Of a stretch of 64,000 bases of DNA, positions 1-11,238 are shown piece by piece. Location of the stretch: the sequence record PV295200.1; one strand, given 5' to 3'. This stretch comes from Escherichia phage vB_Eco_BCPEco_001. The position numbers and the translations under genes are program-made. Numbering within the stretch: the stretch's first letter is position 1; each line of letters starts with the position of its first letter. The notes below the pieces were generated by a model, which was not told where the DNA came from, did not search any database, and was given only the letters and a program-made list of their open reading frames with translations.

Positions 1-2147
1 GCGCGACCAACTTCTGAATTTCCCCAATTGTTGATAGAGAATCGTTCAGAGCTATTATTCATCTGATTTAGGTATAATGTACCATCAGTGAATGTTTCGC
101 CAAAGAAACGAGTTTTAATTGCACCTGTCGCTAAAGTACGTTCAGTGGAAAAATGGGCGCCTTGACTATCTTCTAACTGGATGATGTTATCGCGCGCATT
201 ATTACTATCACCCCAATGGTTAAATTTAAAATAATCTCGTGATCCTAAACGTCCGGCATCAAAAGTCATCAAGCCTTTTATATTAATATCACCACCAAAA
301 AATGCGGTGAGAGAATCGCGTTTTAATTTTAAAACGTTAGCACCACTAGCACCACCCAAAGTAACATCACCAGTTCTTAATTCATAACGGAAAGGTCTAT
401 TTGTATTAAAGTTTCCATCTTGATCATCTTCGTCGGTGGAAAGAATATAAAGACTCTCTCCATCATTACGTAAAATTGTACCAAATTTTCCGCCATACAT
501 ACGGAATGCATTCAATGAGCGGAATTTAACTTCTGTTTTAAATGTGGTAGTGTTATTAAGGTTAACAGTAGAGTTAAAATTGGTAGGAGCACCGAAGTTA
601 ACAGCACCATTAAAATCTTGTTGAGCTGTCCATGTGTGGCGACCATCTTCAAGAACAACACGGCGGACTGTGCAAGTTCTATTTCCAGAATTACCGAACA
701 CACGAACGACAAAATAACGGTAGTTTGTCTGGGATACAGTACCGCGCCAAACCTGAACAGTACGCCCTGTGCCAGTGTGTTCGCTAGGACCAACGGAAAA
801 CATAACCAAGTTTCCGTCAATCGTCCCCCAATCCATATTTGCTGGCATATTCTTTATTTTGTTCAAAGGAACACTAAACATACTACCAGGAACAAAATCA
901 AATGTTTGCCAATCTAACTCCGCTAATTGAGCTTTAATACCACCCATACCCAAAGTAATTGGAAGAGAATAAGATGTATATACTTCGTTCCATGCACCCC
1001 ACGCACCACCAGTATATGCACGCTCAAAAATACGATCGCGAGTAGTTGCACCCGTTCCGGCAGTAGTAAATTTTTGGAAAATAGCACCACCAGAAGCACG
1101 CTGTTTAACTTCCAGCAAACCAACAATAACGGCTGGTAAACCTTCACCAGTAGGACAGTTAATAACGGCATCAGTGCCTAAAATGTTATATAACCCAGGA
1201 GTTTTAAAATCATTCAGATCTCCATCATAGAAAGTCGCTGGTGTGCCATGACCAACCTGCTTCCATTCCTCCCACTTAGGTGCACTAGCATCCCATGCAG
1301 CAGCGAGACAACGAGTATAAACCATACCCATGCGGGTAGTATAACGCTGCGTTCTTGCGTATAAACCACCTTCAAATATTTCTAAAAATCCTTGTGCGGC
1401 TGATCCTTCTTCTGGATAATGGCGATCAAATGATGCGATTGCGCTTGAACTGTTTCTCCATAAGCCACAATGTTCTAATTCTCCCAAGCTATCAAGGTCA
1501 ATCGTTTGTGAAAGTGGACGAGTTGACGCTTGAACATTACGCCACACACCCCATGGACCATCGACGCCATTCCATTTAGCAGATAAGGAACGAATATAGA
1601 CGTTACCAGATCTTACAGTATAACGCTGAGTGCCAGCAAATTGGCCGGCCACAAATACTTCTAGTACACCTACGGCATTTTCTTCTGGGAATTTATTTGC
1701 TGGTTGCGCATTTGTTGAAGTAGATTTCGACCAAACACCAAGATATTCTTCAATGGGCCCATACGTATCTAAATTAGCATCAGTAGGTAATTCGCCATTA
1801 TTTTTTATAAATGTTGTGCTATTGACATTTATGTCAGATGGAGTTAGCGTGATATCTTTTGACCCATCAAAAGATATACCATTAATTTTCCTAGGTGTTT
1901 GCAATTTAGTAGCTGTGCTAGAATTTCCAATTAAAGTTCCAGTTATATTTTCTGTAACCTCTAAAGACCCATTTATAGTTCCTCCATATTTTAAACCTAA
2001 TTCTATAACACTACCTGAGTCATCTTTTGTGAAAATTGTTTTATCTTTTAAGTTTATAGCCAATTCACCTTCGGCTAATACTGAAGCAGCAGGACGTTGA
2101 CCTGCGGTTTTGCTTCTTTTAAATTGTATTTGTTTTAAAGTAGCCAT
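1..2147 (-). CDS. 37: long tail fibre distal subunit gp37, N-terminal ~715 codons (3' end of gene lies beyond window start)
   Basis: Minus-strand ATG at 2147 gives [13 protein letters not shown]..., the gp37 N-terminus as recalled; frame checked open at both ends of the segment; follows gene 36 as in T4. Confidence 0.85.
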   Translation of the reverse strand, partial: MATLKQIQFKRSKTAGQRPAASVLAEGELAINLKDKTIFTKDDSGSVIELGLKYGGTINGSLEVTENITGTLIGNSSTATKLQTPRKINGISFDGSKDITLTPSDINVNSTTFIKNNGELPTDANLDTYGPIEEYLGVWSKSTSTNAQPANKFPEENAVGVLEVFVAGQFAGTQRYTVRSGNVYIRSLSAKWNGVDGPWGVWRNVQASTRPLSQTIDLDSLGELEHCGLWRNSSSAIASFDRHYPEEGSAAQGFLEIFEGGLYARTQRYTTRMGMVYTRCLAAAWDASAPKWEEWKQVGHGTPATFYDGDLNDFKTPGLYNILGTDAVINCPTGEGLPAVIVGLLEVKQRASGGAIFQKFTTAGTGATTRDRIFERAYTGGAWGAWNEVYTSYSLPITLGMGGIKAQLAELDWQTFDFVPGSMFSVPLNKIKNMPANMDWGTIDGNLVMFSVGPSEHTGTGRTVQVWRGTVSQTNYRYFVVRVFGNSGNRTCTVRRVVLEDGRHTWTAQQDFNGAVNFGAPTNFNSTVNLNNTTTFKTEVKFRSLNAFRMYGGKFGTILRNDGESLYILSTDEDDQDGNFNTNRPFRYELRTGDVTLGGASGANVLKLKRDSLTAFFGGDINIKGLMTFDAGRLGSRDYFKFNHWGDSNNARDNIIQLEDSQGAHFSTERTLATGAIKTRFFGETFTDGTLYLNQMNNSSERFSINNWGNSEVGR

Positions 2148-2155
2148 AAGTCCTC

Positions 2156-2806
2156 TTAATAATAGCCGAAATCTTGAACAGAATCCTTCATTACGATTTG
2201 GTCAAATCGTGGAACGTGTGAAGGTTGAGATGCAGGATTCTGCGAAAAAAGGTTTGGCGCAGTTAAATTTCCTGTCATAGTGTCTCCAGAGCGTAATACC
2301 CTAGAGTTTGCATTTGCTGTAACAGTATTTATTGCTCCATCAACATAATCTTTGCGAGTAACATCAGATGCTGCGGAAGGAGTAGATGTAACAGTTACAG
2401 ATGGAGCCGTTACAGCTTTGGTAAATGTTGTCAAACCTTCTGGCGTAATAGTAATTTGTCCAGTAGTGATTTCACTACCTGCAGGTCTAAAACTAATACC
2501 GCCGGAAGAGCCGCCAACTACAAGAGTATTACCGGTACCGCCACCAGAACGAATTCGAATGGGGGTTTCATTATTACTTAATTGAAGATAACTATTTACC
2601 CCGTAATTAATAGTAATTGGACCGGTGTAAGTACCACCATTAGCTTTAGAAACGAAATCGTTATCAGCTGCCTGTGGTTTATTATATTCTGAATATATTT
2701 TAAATGATTTGTAGAGTACATCGTCACCGGCTGAATTCAATGGAAAATTTCCTTGATGCCAAATGACAGATCCACCTACAGTTGAACCTACTTTTAAATC
2801 AGCCAT
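2156..2806 (-). CDS. 36: long tail fibre distal connector gp36
   Basis: 216-aa [15 protein letters not shown]...; size and position between 35 and 37 match T4 gp36. Confidence 0.9.
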   Translation of the reverse strand: MADLKVGSTVGGSVIWHQGNFPLNSAGDDVLYKSFKIYSEYNKPQAADNDFVSKANGGTYTGPITINYGVNSYLQLSNNETPIRIRSGGGTGNTLVVGGSSGGISFRPAGSEITTGQITITPEGLTTFTKAVTAPSVTVTSTPSAASDVTRKDYVDGAINTVTANANSRVLRSGDTMTGNLTAPNLFSQNPASQPSHVPRFDQIVMKDSVQDFGYY

Positions 2807-2829
2807 TATATGCCCCTTTATTTTAATAT

Positions 2830-2837
2830 TATTTATA
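2830..2837 (-). promoter_or_regulatory. late promoter (TATAAATA) for gene 36
   Basis: Exact TATAAATA on minus strand ~24 nt upstream of gene 36 ATG, followed by AAGGGG. Confidence 0.6.
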
Positions 2838-2840
2838 AAG

Positions 2841-2863
2841 AAAAAGGGAACCCGAAGGCTCCC
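2841..2863 (-). terminator. hairpin plus U-run between genes 35 and 36
   Basis: Minus strand GGGAGCC-TTCG-GGTTCCC followed by TTTTT. Confidence 0.5.
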
Positions 2864-2868
2864 TCAGT

Positions 2869-3984
2869 TTAAACTTCTCTAAATTCTTGCCCAAACACTT
2901 TGCCAGTTTTAGAAGAGGCTTGTGTAGGAAGTACCATTATATCTGGAGGTGAAGCCGATTCGCAGACATAATTAACGCGAATACCGTTGACGCCAAATTC
3001 GGCAGGTTTTGAAATGCCGCCATTTCTTGATACTTCAGAAAAGCTTAAATTTCTCATGCCGCCTTGACCTGCTTGGGCAGTTCTTTGTGTGTATATCGTA
3101 AATCCTACTGCATTTTCAGGAACAACTACATAATCTTCTTTTAATTCCCAAGACCCAGCTTGCCCAGTAAACTCAGCTTGGGTAGAGGAAATATATCCAT
3201 TTGATGCATCATAAAAACGAATGGATATGTTTGTAGTTCCAAGATCAAGTAAATCAGCATCAGCATATAACTGTGCTTTAAGATAAAGAACATCACCAGG
3301 AATTAAATTATAGTCAGAAAGTTTACTTATAGCAGCTGAAGTTGGCAATCGCGCAATTTCGTTATTAGTTCCACCAACTGCTGACATGAATTGCTCTACA
3401 CTTTCATAAGTTCTTTTTGGAAATCCTGTCGCTCCGACGTCTTCTAAACTATCAAATACAACATCTAAAATAGTTTGATAATCATCTGTGCTTTTTCTAT
3501 TACTTAGTTTAACATGCTCTAATGCAATAGCTCTTTTAGAAGAAGTATAAAAAGCAGCATATGACACGTCAAATCTTGACAATACTGAATCTGATGGAAA
3601 AACTGAAGTTCCTGCTCCCCTTAACCAAGATACCACTTCAGGAGGAAAATTAACCTTTCCGCTAGTTAATATAGCAACAAGTCTATTGTTTGACAAAGAA
3701 TTCATGAAACTGACAAAAGTGGTAGATGTTGTATTGTTTGAAGCAGAAAAAGCATATGACTTACTATCAACTAATGCTCCCGTAGAAGGGTCAAAAACTC
3801 TTAAATGAAGACCTGCACTAAATGTTTGATTTCCAACGGGATTATCCTGAAATTTAACATATGGTCCCGCAGTAGAAAGCGGGCAAGAACCCGCTATGCT
3901 TATTTTATATCTTACTGAATTGCTTTCCGATAAAAATGGCGTTTGGACATATCCTTGTCCAAACTCTGCCATAAATTTTTCCAT
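2869..3984 (-). CDS. 35: long tail fibre hinge protein gp35
   Basis: 371-aa ORF MEKFMAEFGQGYVQTPF...; length and synteny match T4 gp35. Confidence 0.9.
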   Translation of the reverse strand: MEKFMAEFGQGYVQTPFLSESNSVRYKISIAGSCPLSTAGPYVKFQDNPVGNQTFSAGLHLRVFDPSTGALVDSKSYAFSASNNTTSTTFVSFMNSLSNNRLVAILTSGKVNFPPEVVSWLRGAGTSVFPSDSVLSRFDVSYAAFYTSSKRAIALEHVKLSNRKSTDDYQTILDVVFDSLEDVGATGFPKRTYESVEQFMSAVGGTNNEIARLPTSAAISKLSDYNLIPGDVLYLKAQLYADADLLDLGTTNISIRFYDASNGYISSTQAEFTGQAGSWELKEDYVVVPENAVGFTIYTQRTAQAGQGGMRNLSFSEVSRNGGISKPAEFGVNGIRVNYVCESASPPDIMVLPTQASSKTGKVFGQEFREV

Positions 3985-3992
3985 AATACCTC

Positions 3993-6900
3993 TTATTCAA
4001 CCCATTCAAATTTAACAGTTTTATTCACTGGGTCAGGAATAATGCGAACATTACCAATTCGTAAGAAATCACGAATAGTAAGATTACCTATTATTCCATT
4101 ATCAGATGGGATTGCTCCTATATCCGAAGGTTGAGGAGGGTTACCTCCGTCAAATACCTGAACAAAACTTGACCAAGAGTTTTTGGTTTTCTGCCATGTA
4201 CGTGTCCAGCGAGTGGTACGTGCTTCTGGAGTTGTTGGATAAGTAATCCAATCTTGATAAAGCGAATCAAGCGTGTTACCAAACTGAGTCAATGTACCAG
4301 GAGATTTAACCTCTTCGCCACGTTCTAAGTATGGAAGTCCAGTCACTTCATTAGTTTTTTCAACCATCTTAAAATAACCTGGGAACTGGTTATAAGTGGC
4401 TGAATCATTAATATCTATTGACCAGAATCCTACAGTATCAGATGTTGGCGCACGAGTATATAAATCAGAGGTTTTAGTACCCTGAGAACGAATTCTCGAG
4501 TTGACAGTTAAACCACCTGAATTTATAGTAGCACCTTTGGCGATGATTAAGCTTTCACCAATCGTTACTTGACCAGATGCATTATTGATAGCTAAAGGAC
4601 GCAATCCATTAAATCCACCAGTCTGATCACCCGATGCAGTAAGCATAAAATGCGTTACTGACCCACCATTGCGAATAAAGAATCCATAATCACCATTTAT
4701 TGCTCTAAAAGCATTCGACGATTTACTGATAATTTCACCAGTTGCAGTGACTGAATTACCAAATGTTGCTACGCCGTTTGCATTCAATGTTCCTGAAGCA
4801 TTAACATTTATCGGTGTTACTGTACCGTTAATATTAAATGTTATATTTCCAGCTTTATTACGCTGAGAATAAAAATGACTAGACGTTTCATCACTAACTT
4901 CAAATACGGTAGAACGTGTTGTGTCTGATTCCCCACTAAATTGATTACCCCACACTCTGACTGTCATCGTTTGAGCAGGGTTTGTTCCAGTTTGAGGTCC
5001 TTTCTCAAAAATCAGACGAGTTGCCGTTCCAGTATTAGAAATAGTTAATGTACTATTTGCTGAAACTGATCCACCGAATGTAGCAGTACTAGATGATACA
5101 AGAGGGGCACTCAGATTCGTTTGTTGGGTTAAGGTTAGTGAACCATTAACTGTTTGTGCAATGTCCCTACGAATGAACTGGAGCGAATCTAGACCATCTA
5201 ATAAATTACTATCTACAGCTTTTGCTTTTAATGGCAAATAATTTGCTAATACGCGATTTAATTCATATGGTGATACTGCATAACCATTTTTCTCATATGA
5301 TTCTAATGGCTGTGTTGAACCTACCGTATCATTACCAACGAATGTAATTGAACCAGATGAAGTTTTAACAAAGCCTCTTATTGCAGTAGTAGCTGCCCAA
5401 GTAGGTTCACTCTGCACAATCCATTTTAAATTTTTTGGAGATACAGCAGTATTTGCTGATGTTCCAGTCACAGTTTCAGACTGAGTTGCAACTTTAATAA
5501 CACCTTCCTGTGCTTCAGTAGATTTAGTACCTAAAAGCTTTTTAGGAGTTATTAAAACATTATCTAATGTTCCTGCAGCAGCTTCAACTTGTGTAGCTAC
5601 ACGAAGTGTACCACGCTGTGTCTCATTTGCTTCAAGAATATTAAGTGTATAATGGTCCCAGAGAGTTCCTGATTCAACTAATCCAGATAGAGCAACAACA
5701 GAAGTACGATCAGTACTATTAAATCTAGTTTTAATTTTTAATGGTGTAGAGATACGAGTATCGTCGACGCCTGCGTCGAATTCAACCTGTGTAGCAATTT
5801 CAGCTATACCACTTAAACTTTCAGTTGCTCTACGGTCATTTAAAGTTTTAGGAGTGACTGCACGAGTATAGTCAGTTCCTGTATTAACTTCACTTTGCGT
5901 AGCAATTTCAATTAAACCAATTCTTCCATCAGTTGATGTCTTTTTATGTAACGTTTCTGGCGTTACAACCGCATTTGCCCATCCTTCTTGGCTTTGTCCA
6001 GCAATTACTTCACTTTCAACTGCTAAAATTACTGCGCCTTGTTGCGTTGGAGTAGCTTTATACTGATCCAAAGCTTTAGGTGAAACAACTAAATTATTAG
6101 TGTTTTTATTATAAACATTCGTACCATTTAATTCACGGCTAGAAGCTGGAGTAGCTCCTGCAGTAGATACATAAGTTACAATACCAGATAATGATTCAGA
6201 ACCTTGGCGAGCTTGAAGCTTTTTAGGAGTGATGATTGTAGTATCATCAGTACCTGTATTAGTTTCCTGCTGCGTAGCAATTTCAGCGACACCTCTACGA
6301 GTTTCTGTAGCAGTTCTTTCATTCAGCTTTTTAGGAGTGATGATAAGGTCATCTGCAAAAGAGAATGTGGTGTTCTGATTCACTTGAGCAGTAGTTGCTA
6401 TTCTTGCAATACCTCTGCGAGTTTCTGTAGCAGTACGATTAGCTAACGTTTCTGGAGTAATTGCTAATTCTTTTTGTGGAGAATTTTCTAAATCAGCATT
6501 TGCTTGAGCTTGCGTAGCTAAAGCAATTACGCCTAATCTTGCTCTAGTAGAAGCATTTAAAGAGTCTACTCTTTCTACAGTTGGAACGTTTTGCTGTACA
6601 ACCCAGCATTTTCCATCAGAATCTTCTATATAAGCAAGTTGTAAAACTGGTACATAATTAGTTTCACCGTTAAAAACTAATTCTTGAACTGTTACCCATT
6701 CAGCTTCAGGCGGATATTCTGAACGTTTTGGGAATTGCAGCAATTGAACTGAAGAAGCAATTTTATCTTCACCAGCAGCTTTGATTTTAACTGTTTGTCC
6801 TTTTCTCATGTAATTCATGGAAATTTTAACAGTATCACCAACAGAAATATCAGTCGGAAGCTGAAGTTCAATTGTTTGGGTTGTTCCATTATTCGCGCCA

Positions 6901-7862
6901 AATACCATGACTTCTTCATTTGGACGAATATTTGAATTAGTTGTTATAATGCGTAAACGTGCTTTACTATCCCCGTCAAACAATCTCCACAATTTCTCAT
7001 TATCGTCAAACATCAAGAAACCGTCAATCGATGTACGGCCTTCAATGGAATGAGTTCCAACTTCTTGTACTGAAGTCGTTTCATCGTATGTAGTAACAAT
7101 TGTATGATAAAGTGGATTCAGTTTATCTAAATCAACGAAATTAATAATATCGCCATGATTAGCAAATCTCGGAAGTTTAACATTAATTGGCGCAGCAGAA
7201 GTAAATCTACGTACGATAAAATCATTAGATTGTGCTTGATATGCAGTCGATGGAGTAACAATCGCAGCTTCTCTGCTATAATCAGCAATATACATTTGCC
7301 ACAAACGATTATTAAAAATGAATACCATCTGTGACTTTGGATGAGTCATTAAAACTGAACGTACCTGTTCACCTCTAAAATTGACAATACTCTGATTTGA
7401 AGAATTTATTTTAACCTGATTTATGCCAGGTTTTCCACCGATATCTTGAATTATTACGGTTTCTCCATCAAGCGGAGAAGGTGGTAAAGTAAACTCAATG
7501 TCATTGCCAACTGATGTATCTACTGAAATTGCTTCTCCGGATTTTAATTGATATGGTCCAGATGATACGGTTGTATATACAGCATCAGTACGTAATGCTT
7601 TCCAACGAATTCTATTAAAATTTCCAGCAGGTTTTGGAATATTATCCGTTGCTGCCCAAAAACGATTATTATAAATGATTACAAAATCTTTTAAATATCC
7701 ACGAGTTGGATCATATTGCTGAACTGTGTTTTCTTGAATTAAGTAATCAACGTTAACACCGTCAGTTCCTACGGTACGATCAGCTAAAGCTACGTTGATT
7801 ATTTTATCGCCACCTGCGTCCAGACCATCTTCTGCTCTGAACTTTCTTTTAATCTCGGCCAT
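3993..7862 (-). CDS. 34: long tail fibre proximal subunit gp34
   Basis: 1289-aa ORF MAEIKRKFRAEDGLDAGGDKIINVALADR...; same length as T4 gp34. Confidence 0.95.
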   Translation of the reverse strand: MAEIKRKFRAEDGLDAGGDKIINVALADRTVGTDGVNVDYLIQENTVQQYDPTRGYLKDFVIIYNNRFWAATDNIPKPAGNFNRIRWKALRTDAVYTTVSSGPYQLKSGEAISVDTSVGNDIEFTLPPSPLDGETVIIQDIGGKPGINQVKINSSNQSIVNFRGEQVRSVLMTHPKSQMVFIFNNRLWQMYIADYSREAAIVTPSTAYQAQSNDFIVRRFTSAAPINVKLPRFANHGDIINFVDLDKLNPLYHTIVTTYDETTSVQEVGTHSIEGRTSIDGFLMFDDNEKLWRLFDGDSKARLRIITTNSNIRPNEEVMVFGANNGTTQTIELQLPTDISVGDTVKISMNYMRKGQTVKIKAAGEDKIASSVQLLQFPKRSEYPPEAEWVTVQELVFNGETNYVPVLQLAYIEDSDGKCWVVQQNVPTVERVDSLNASTRARLGVIALATQAQANADLENSPQKELAITPETLANRTATETRRGIARIATTAQVNQNTTFSFADDLIITPKKLNERTATETRRGVAEIATQQETNTGTDDTTIITPKKLQARQGSESLSGIVTYVSTAGATPASSRELNGTNVYNKNTNNLVVSPKALDQYKATPTQQGAVILAVESEVIAGQSQEGWANAVVTPETLHKKTSTDGRIGLIEIATQSEVNTGTDYTRAVTPKTLNDRRATESLSGIAEIATQVEFDAGVDDTRISTPLKIKTRFNSTDRTSVVALSGLVESGTLWDHYTLNILEANETQRGTLRVATQVEAAAGTLDNVLITPKKLLGTKSTEAQEGVIKVATQSETVTGTSANTAVSPKNLKWIVQSEPTWAATTAIRGFVKTSSGSITFVGNDTVGSTQPLESYEKNGYAVSPYELNRVLANYLPLKAKAVDSNLLDGLDSLQFIRRDIAQTVNGSLTLTQQTNLSAPLVSSSTATFGGSVSANSTLTISNTGTATRLIFEKGPQTGTNPAQTMTVRVWGNQFSGESDTTRSTVFEVSDETSSHFYSQRNKAGNITFNINGTVTPINVNASGTLNANGVATFGNSVTATGEIISKSSNAFRAINGDYGFFIRNGGSVTHFMLTASGDQTGGFNGLRPLAINNASGQVTIGESLIIAKGATINSGGLTVNSRIRSQGTKTSDLYTRAPTSDTVGFWSIDINDSATYNQFPGYFKMVEKTNEVTGLPYLERGEEVKSPGTLTQFGNTLDSLYQDWITYPTTPEARTTRWTRTWQKTKNSWSSFVQVFDGGNPPQPSDIGAIPSDNGIIGNLTIRDFLRIGNVRIIPDPVNKTVKFEWVE

Positions 7863-7896
7863 TCTCCCGGGCTCCTATTGTGTTTTCAATAATAAG

Positions 7897-7904
7897 TATT
7901 TATA
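7897..7904 (-). promoter_or_regulatory. late promoter (TATAAATA) for gene 34
   Basis: Exact TATAAATA on minus strand ~35 nt upstream of gene 34 ATG. Confidence 0.6.
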
Positions 7905-7907
7905 CCT

Positions 7908-7937
7908 GTTTACTTTAAGATTTAGATAGTATATAAT
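7908..7937 (+). promoter_or_regulatory. sigma70-type early promoter for rnh
   Basis: GTTTAC, 18-nt spacer, TATAAT, ending ~30 nt before rnh ATG. Confidence 0.4.
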
Positions 7938-7966
7938 AGAAATCTCACTAATTGAACGAGGTTCAT

Positions 7967-8884
7967 ATGGATTTAGAAATGATGCTGGATGAAGATTACA
8001 AAGAAGGAATTTGCTTTATTGACTTTAGTCAAATTGCTCTTTCAACTGCTCTGGTAAACTTCCCAGATAAAGAAAAAATTAATTTATCAATGGTTCGTCA
8101 TTTGATATTGAACTCAATTAAGTTTAATGTCAAAAAAGCAAAAACGCTTGGATACACTAAAATTGTGCTGTGTATTGATAACGCGAAATCTGGATACTGG
8201 CGTCGTGATTTCGCTTACTATTACAAGAAAAACCGTGGAAAAGCACGAGAAGAATCTACTTGGGACTGGGAAGGTTATTTTGAATCCAGCCATAAAGTTA
8301 TAGATGAATTGAAAGCTTATATGCCATACATTGTTATGGATATTGATAAGTATGAAGCGGATGACCACATTGCTGTTCTTGTTAAAAAGTTCTCTTTAGA
8401 AGGACACAAGATTTTAATCATTTCGTCGGATGGTGACTTTACACAGCTTCACAAATATCCAAATGTTAAGCAATGGTCACCGATGCATAAGAAATGGGTT
8501 AAAATTAAAAGCGGTTCTGCTGAAATTGACTGTATGACTAAAATCCTTAAAGGCGACAAAAAGGATAACGTTGCTTCAGTTAAAGTACGATCTGACTTTT
8601 GGTTTACCAGAGTTGAAGGTGAACGAACTCCTTCAATGAAAACTTCAATCGTTGAAGCTATTGCTAATGACCGTGAGCAAGCTAAGGTGCTTCTCTCAGA
8701 ATCTGAGTATAATCGTTATAAAGAAAATTTAGTTCTAATTGATTTTGATTATATTCCTGATAATATTGCTTCAAACATTGTGAATTACTATAATTCATAT
8801 AAATTACCACCGCGTGGCAAAATTTATTCATATTTTGTAAAAGCGGGTCTTTCTAAATTAACTAATAGCATTAATGAATTTTGA
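7967..8884 (+). CDS. rnh: RNase H (5'-3' exonuclease / flap endonuclease)
   Basis: MDLEMMLDEDYKEG... 305 aa from ATG 7967 with GAGG 6 nt upstream; ORF track start 7952 is an in-frame TTG. Confidence 0.93.
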   Translation: MDLEMMLDEDYKEGICFIDFSQIALSTALVNFPDKEKINLSMVRHLILNSIKFNVKKAKTLGYTKIVLCIDNAKSGYWRRDFAYYYKKNRGKAREESTWDWEGYFESSHKVIDELKAYMPYIVMDIDKYEADDHIAVLVKKFSLEGHKILIISSDGDFTQLHKYPNVKQWSPMHKKWVKIKSGSAEIDCMTKILKGDKKDNVASVKVRSDFWFTRVEGERTPSMKTSIVEAIANDREQAKVLLSESEYNRYKENLVLIDFDYIPDNIASNIVNYYNSYKLPPRGKIYSYFVKAGLSKLTNSINEF

Positions 8885-8892
8885 GGTGAATA

Positions 8893-9162
8893 ATGGCTAA
8901 AAAAGAAATGGTTGAATTTGATGAAGCTATCCATGGCGAAGACTTGGCTAAATTTATTAAAGAAGCATCTGATCATAAACTGAAAATTTCCGGTTATAAT
9001 GAATTGATTAAAGATATTCGAATTCGTGCCAAAGATGAACTTGGCGTTGATGGTAAGATGTTTAATCGTCTATTAGCTTTGTATCATAAAGATAACCGTG
9101 ATGTGTTTGAAGCTGAAACTGAAGAGGTAGTTGAACTTTATGACACAGTTTTCTCTAAATGA
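8893..9162 (+). CDS. dsbA: dsDNA-binding protein DsbA
   Basis: 89-aa ORF between rnh and gene 33, as in T4. Confidence 0.8.
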   Translation: MAKKEMVEFDEAIHGEDLAKFIKEASDHKLKISGYNELIKDIRIRAKDELGVDGKMFNRLLALYHKDNRDVFEAETEEVVELYDTVFSK

Positions 9163-9478
9163 CATTCGTCCGGTCGATGAGACCGGTCTTTCAGAAAAAG
9201 AACTTTCAATTAAGAAAGAAAAGGATGAAATTGCAAAGCTTCTTGACCGCCAAGAAAATGGATTTATTATTGAAAAAATGGTAGAAGAGTTTGGAATGAG
9301 TTATCTTGAAGCTACAACAGCATTCTTAGAAGAAAATTCTATTCCTGAAACTCAATTTGCTAAATTTATTCCTTCGGGTATAATTGAAAAAATTCAGTCA
9401 GAAGCTATTGACGAAAATCTTTTACGTCCTTCTGTTGTTCGTTGTGAAAAAACTAATACATTAGATTTTCTACTATGA
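9140..9478 (+). CDS. 33: late transcription accessory protein gp33
   Basis: MTQFSLNDIRPVDETG... 112 aa from ATG 9140 (GAGGTAG upstream); ORF track start 9131 is TTG. Confidence 0.85.
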   Translation: MTQFSLNDIRPVDETGLSEKELSIKKEKDEIAKLLDRQENGFIIEKMVEEFGMSYLEATTAFLEENSIPETQFAKFIPSGIIEKIQSEAIDENLLRPSVVRCEKTNTLDFLL

Positions 9479-10128
9479 TTAAACTCCGCATGCCTGCTGG
9501 TGGTGAAAGATACATTGATGGTAAATCAGTTTATAAATTATACTTAATGATAAAACAACATATGAATGGAAAGTATGATGTTATTAAGTATAATTGGTGC
9601 ATGCGGGTGTCTGATGCCGCTTATCAAAAGCGAAGGGATAAGTATTTTTTCCAGAAGTTATCAGAAAAATATAAATTAAAGGAACTTGCTTTAATTTTTA
9701 TAAGTAATTTGGTTGCTAACCAAGATGCTTGGATTGGTGACATCTCTGACGCTGATGCACTTGTGTTTTATCGTGAATATATCGGACGCTTAAAGCAAAT
9801 TAAATTTAAGTTTGAAGAAGATATTCGCAACATTTATTATTTTAGTAAAAAAGTTGAAGTTTCTGCTTTTAAAGAAATCTTTGAGTATAATCCAAAAGTC
9901 CAATCAAGTTATATTTTTAAACTACTTCAATCGAATATAATTTCGTTTGAAACGTTTATCTTGCTTGATTCGTTTTTAAATATAATTGATAAACACGATG
10001 AACAGACTGATAATTTAGTCTGGAATAATTATTCTATAAAGTTAAAGGCTTATAGAAAAATTTTAAATATTGATTCACAGAAAGCTAAAAGTGTTTTCAT
10101 TGAAACTGTGAAATCTTGTAAGTATTAA
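9475..10128 (+). CDS. 59: helicase loader gp59
   Basis: 217-aa ORF MIKLRMPAGGERYIDGKSVYKLYLMIKQHM...; length and synteny match T4 gp59. Confidence 0.9.
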   Translation: MIKLRMPAGGERYIDGKSVYKLYLMIKQHMNGKYDVIKYNWCMRVSDAAYQKRRDKYFFQKLSEKYKLKELALIFISNLVANQDAWIGDISDADALVFYREYIGRLKQIKFKFEEDIRNIYYFSKKVEVSAFKEIFEYNPKVQSSYIFKLLQSNIISFETFILLDSFLNIIDKHDEQTDNLVWNNYSIKLKAYRKILNIDSQKAKSVFIETVKSCKY

Positions 10129-10153
10129 TTGCTTATTATAAATAGATTATAAT
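10127..10153 (+). promoter_or_regulatory. MotA-type middle promoter for gene 32, with overlapping TATAAATA late promoter (10137-10144)
   Basis: TTGCTTA MotA box then TATAAT 11 nt downstream; exact TATAAATA in the spacer. Confidence 0.5.
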
Positions 10154-10160
10154 TATTTCA

Positions 10161-10227
10161 CTGACCAGCTATGAGGTCATACATCGTCATAGCACCAACT
10201 GTTAATTAAATTAAAAAGGAAATAAAA
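10161..10227 (+). promoter_or_regulatory. gene 32 translational operator (H-type pseudoknot plus A/U-rich gp32 binding tract)
   Basis: UGACC/GGUCA and GCUAUG/CAUAGC interleaved stems (10162-10193) followed by UUAAUUAAAUUAAAAAGGAAAUAAAA before the AUG. Confidence 0.75.
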
Positions 10228-11136
10228 ATGTTTAAACGTAAATCTACTGCTGAACTCGCTGCACAAATGGCTAAACTGGCTGGAAATAAAGGTGGTTTTT
10301 CTTCTGAAGATAAAGGCGAGTGGAAACTGAAACTCGACAATGCGGGTAACGGTCAAGCAGTAATTCGTTTTCTTCCGTCTAAAAATGATGAACAAGCACC
10401 ATTCGCAATTCTTGTAAATCACGGTTTCAAGAAAAATGGTAAATGGTATATTGAAACATGTTCATCTACTCACGGTGATTACGATTCTTGCCCAGTATGT
10501 CAATACATCAGTAAAAATGATCTGTACAACACTGACAATAAAGAGTACAGTCTTGTTAAACGTAAAACTTCTTACTGGGCTAACATTCTTGTTGTAAAAG
10601 ACCCAGCTGCTCCAGAAAACGAAGGTAAAGTATTTAAATACCGTTTCGGTAAGAAAATCTGGGATAAAATCAATGCAATGATTGCGGTTGATGTCGAAAT
10701 GGGTGAAACTCCGGTTGATGTAACTTGTCCGTGGGAAGGTGCTAACTTTGTACTGAAAGTTAAACAAGTTTCTGGATTTAGTAACTACGATGAATCTAAA
10801 TTCCTGAATCAATCTGCGATTCCAAACATTGACGATGAATCTTTCCAGAAAGAACTGTTCGAACAAATGGTTGACCTTTCTGAAATGACTTCTAAAGATA
10901 AATTCAAATCGTTTGAAGAACTGAGCACTAAGTTCAGTCAAGTTATGGGAACTGCTGCTATGGGTGGTGCCGCTGCAACTGCTGCTAAGAAAGCTGATAA
11001 AGTTGCTGATGATTTGGATGCATTCAATGTTGATGACTTCAATACAAAAACTGAAGATGATTTTATGAGCTCAAGCTCTGGCAGTTCATCTAGTGCTGAT
11101 GACACGGATCTGGATGACCTTTTAAATGACCTTTAA
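10228..11136 (+). CDS. 32: single-stranded DNA-binding protein gp32
   Basis: [17 protein letters not shown]... with zinc-binding Cys/His region and acidic Ser/Asp-rich C-terminus; preceded by the classic gene 32 translational operator. Confidence 0.95.
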
Positions 11137-11158
11137 TAAATTATATTACTAATTAATT

Positions 11159-11185
11159 GGGGACCCTAGAGGTCCCCTTTTTTAT
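11159..11185 (+). terminator. rho-independent terminator after gene 32
   Basis: GGGGACC-CTAGA-GGTCCCC followed by TTTTTTAT. Confidence 0.7.
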
Positions 11186-11209
11186 TTCAAAAATTTTTTC
11201 ACAAAACGG

Positions 11210-11238
11210 TTTACATCCTTGTCCTTCCATGGTACTAT
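11210..11238 (+). promoter_or_regulatory. sigma70-type early promoter
   Basis: TTTACA, 17-nt spacer, TACTAT upstream of ORF at 11282. Confidence 0.4.

Noticed and set aside
1630-2100. 156-aa plus-strand ORF (and smaller ORFs at 512-1171, 1355-1579)
   Set aside because: Lies antisense to or out of frame within the continuous minus-strand gene 37 frame; no RBS or promoter; antisense ORFs are expected by chance in a long gene.
6204-6446. 80-aa plus-strand ORF inside gene 34
   Set aside because: Antisense to the 1289-codon gp34 frame; Ser/Cys-rich low-complexity translation typical of a non-coding frame.
10462-10941. 159-aa minus-strand ORF
   Set aside because: Entirely antisense within gene 32, which is confidently identified; no translation signals.
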